A DNA stretch of 64,000 bases, taken from NCBI RefSeq assembly GCF_964213995.1, contig NC_135803.1:140306001-140370000 (forward strand), given 5' to 3'. Shown here one piece after another: positions 62,813 through 64,000 of this stretch. The position numbers and the translations under genes are program-made. The first letter of the stretch is position 1; each line of letters starts with the position of its first letter. Source of the stretch: Mustelus asterias. Its lineage: Eukaryota. The notes under the pieces were generated by a model that saw only the letters and a list, made by a program, of their open reading frames with translations, ran no database searches and had not been told where the DNA came from.

Positions 62813-64000
62813 TGGGATTGTTGGTGTAGGCTCGATGCCAAATACGTGTAACCCCACTTATTTATCCTGCTAATTCCCCTGACTTTAAGGCACAGTTTAG
62901 CACAGCCAATCAACCTGAACCGCACACCTTTGGACTGTGGGAGGAAACTGGAGCACCCGGAAAAAGAACCCCACATAAACACAGGTTGAGTGAGATGAAA
63001 ATAGTGAACTCGCAACTACACGGAACCTTGATTTTTCCTTTAAGGAGATGAAATGCTATGGCTTTTATAACATTGTGTTCTAAATTGAGTATGTACTGGG
63101 TTGAAAGCAAAATGCTGCGGATGCTGGAATCTGAAACAAAAGCAGAAAATGCTGGAAAATCTCAGCATGTCTGACAGCATCTGTGGAGAGAGAATGGAGC
63201 CAACATAGGTATTAGGTTCTTGGGTAAACTGGGTGAATAGTATTTTGCAAGTGAGTTGAAAGGTGACTGCAATGAACAGTTTTTTGAAATTAATTTTGCT
63301 AAATTCCATATTTTGTGTGATTTATAACTCATCTACAATATGATCTCCAGCAGAATAGACCTTCCATATTAAAAACATTTTTTGGGGAGGGCAACAAGCT
63401 AATCATAACATGTTTTAGTTAAATTATTTTCTACCTTGCTTAGGCAGGTCTTAGCCAAATCTATTATTCTACATGAACTGTTTAATTGTCAAAGTTGGTA
63501 AACCTTTGAATGATTGTTAAATTATCAGGGTTCCTCATGATTTGTACTTTTTAAAAAGAAAGTAGAATCCTGGTCAAAATTGAGTCATAATTTGGAATTA
63601 ACTTTCAGTGGGATGGCTGGATGACAATTGGTGTGAAGTGTCGACCTTTGGCAAATATTGTTCCTCCCCCAAACAACTGAAGAGGACATGCCAATTGTGG
63701 CATTCCAAATGCTGCATTGTAGACCATTGTGAACTCAGCATAGAGTGGGGATCTTCCTGCTCTGTACAAATTAGCTCACTTGAGTCATCCGTGGAGTCCA
63801 CTTTTCTCTTTTACTTTTCTGTGTCATGTATCAGATCTTAGTTGAAAGAATTTGTAGGTGACTTGTTTACATGTTGTTGCTAGTACTCCATCCAACCAGC
63901 TCCTAGAAGATATGTGAAAACTTTCTCCTGCCTTCTCTCATCACTATAGGAAGATGGAACCAGCCTTTGCTTAGCACATCAAGAAGCTGCCATGTGCAAA

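Noticed and set aside
63608-63841. Cys/Trp-rich 77-aa ORF as exon 2 of the 61.7-kb gene
   Set aside because: Phase incompatible with the candidate first exon and no recognisable homology

Overview
Vertebrate nuclear DNA, very probably from a shark (inferred from abundant HE1/V-SINE-like tRNA-derived SINEs sharing a 3' tail with CR1 LINEs, plus a Deu/SacSINE-like element). Two host genes lie on the minus strand: coding exon 1 of IPPK (19599-19679, CpG-rich promoter; later exons not found, so much of 1-19598 is probably intron) and a complete two-exon BTG1/BTG2-family gene (50400-51189, 153 aa). A third CpG-island promoter with a candidate first exon is at ~61.6 kb (+). Most of the rest is transposon-derived: a near-full-length Penelope-like retroelement (PLE; RT + GIY-YIG, one frameshift, TSD), several PLE-terminus derivatives with minimal hammerhead-ribozyme cores (two are TSD-flanked head-to-head palindromes), an internally deleted endogenous retrovirus (gag stub, RNase H, IN, gamma-type env, 3' LTR), a decayed Harbinger transposon and many CR1, Rex1/Babar and RTE fragments. 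No prokaryotic systems or CRISPR arrays were seen. All family calls come from motif recognition, without database searches.
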